Source: Nitrospirota bacterium (GTDB lineage Bacteria; Nitrospirota; Thermodesulfovibrionia; Thermodesulfovibrionales; SM23-35). From it: a DNA stretch of 64,000 bases. Below the pieces are notes generated by a model. That model saw nothing but the letters and a program-made list of their open reading frames with translations, had not been told where the DNA came from and did not search any database. Where the stretch lies: assembly GCA_013388455.1 (NCBI GenBank), contig JACAFF010000002.1, forward strand, positions 23,115-87,114, written 5' to 3'. The position numbers were made by a program, and so were the translations under genes. Shown here piece by piece: positions 63,573 to 64,000 of this stretch (the first letter of the stretch is position 1; each line of letters opens with the position of its first letter).

Positions 63573-64000
63573 TTAAATTTTAAAATTCTTCCATGCGCGG
63601 CTAAAGCCCCAGTTCATGGGACCAAATACCATGATACTCCGTCTGATGGAAGGTAATCTCTTAAGCATTGATCTGAATGAGTAAAATCTCTGATTTGCTT
63701 TGAGAAAATGCTCCTCGAGTTCTTCAGGCTGCATATTCTTAGGTCTGAATACAGCATGCGCCATATCATATAGTCTCCAGTCTTTTGTAATAAGCCGTCC
63801 TTCGCTTTTCATTCTCTCAAAAACCCTTGTGCCAGGATATGGTGTGAGAATAGTATAAAGGACACTGTCAAGTCTTGTCCTTTCAACAAATTCAAGAACC
63901 TGATTAAAGGTATCAGGTGTATCCCAATCATATCCAAATATGAATGAACCCTGAATCCCTATGCCAAAGTCATGAATTTTTTTTATGAATTCTGCATACT
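63573..64000 (-). CDS. radical SAM enzyme no.5 of the B12/DUF4070 type (5' part beyond the window)
   Basis: The reading frame stays open upstream of the track start (63812) to the window end: ...YAEFIKKIHDFGIGIQGSFIFGYDWDTPDTFNQVLEFVERTRLDSVLYTILTPYPGTRVFERMKSEGRL...HAVFRPKNMQPEEL. This matches the C-terminal halves of the other four enzymes. Confidence 0.7.
   Translation of the reverse strand, partial: YAEFIKKIHDFGIGIQGSFIFGYDWDTPDTFNQVLEFVERTRLDSVLYTILTPYPGTRVFERMKSEGRLITKDWRLYDMAHAVFRPKNMQPEELEEHFLKANQRFYSFRSMLKRLPSIRRSIMVFGPMNWGFSRAWKNFKI

Noticed and set aside
1-64000. Search for tRNA, rRNA, CRISPR arrays, prophage/integrase genes or toxin-antitoxin/defence gene pairs
   Set aside because: I recognised no cloverleaf-type GC-rich segments, rRNA-like regions, repeat-spacer arrays, integrases or defence-system signature proteins. 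Absence is by eye only and should be confirmed with tRNAscan/Infernal/PADLOC-type tools.

Overview
Low-GC chromosome segment (roughly 35-40% by eye) from a diderm bacterium (LpxK, OprO/P-type porin, TonB, Slt). It is probably an anaerobe, given indolepyruvate:ferredoxin oxidoreductase and many radical-SAM enzymes. The taxon cannot be fixed from the sequence alone. Layout: (i) 1-8.6 kb is a phosphate-linked module: tonB(partial)-hypothetical-secreted beta-helix protein-phosphate porin, then phoR/phoB, then a divergent DUF47(PhoU-like)-pit pair. (ii) 8.6-23 kb holds housekeeping genes: aroB, aroK, mnmA, HD protein, lipid kinase, bioW, TrmB-type regulator, UvrD-like helicase, ETF-QO, EndoQ-like PHP nuclease, zapA, a zapB-like gene and slt. 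(iii) 23-41 kb holds two tandem, paralogous but strongly diverged five-gene type IV pilus priming/tip modules (pilY1-fimT-pilV-pilW-pilX). Their PilY1 homologues are 1594 and 1727 aa and carry vWA domains with Cys-rich inserts. The modules are separated only by a REP/RAYT island and an Ig-like lipoprotein gene. (iv) 41-44 kb holds a PD-(D/E)xK-like protein, yjbQ and lpxK. (v) 44-64 kb (running off the window) is a dense lipid-type biosynthesis/export cluster. It has six radical-SAM genes (four complete and one partial of the B12-binding class, plus one non-B12 enzyme with auxiliary cysteines). It also has a dedicated ACP/FabG/FabD-like/hot-dog set, an LpxL-type acyltransferase, GT2, MMPL exporter, LolA/B-like lipoprotein, DUF2062, IorAB and a HAMP adenylate cyclase. 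No ketosynthase is in view. At least four small repeat/MITE families are present, and several copies lie inside coding sequence (phoR, lpxK, the fimT-B leader, the RAYT gene). No rRNA, tRNA or CRISPR array was recognised. The two candidates I consider most novel are the radical-SAM-rich lipid cluster and the duplicated PilY1/minor-pilin cassettes flanking a RAYT island.
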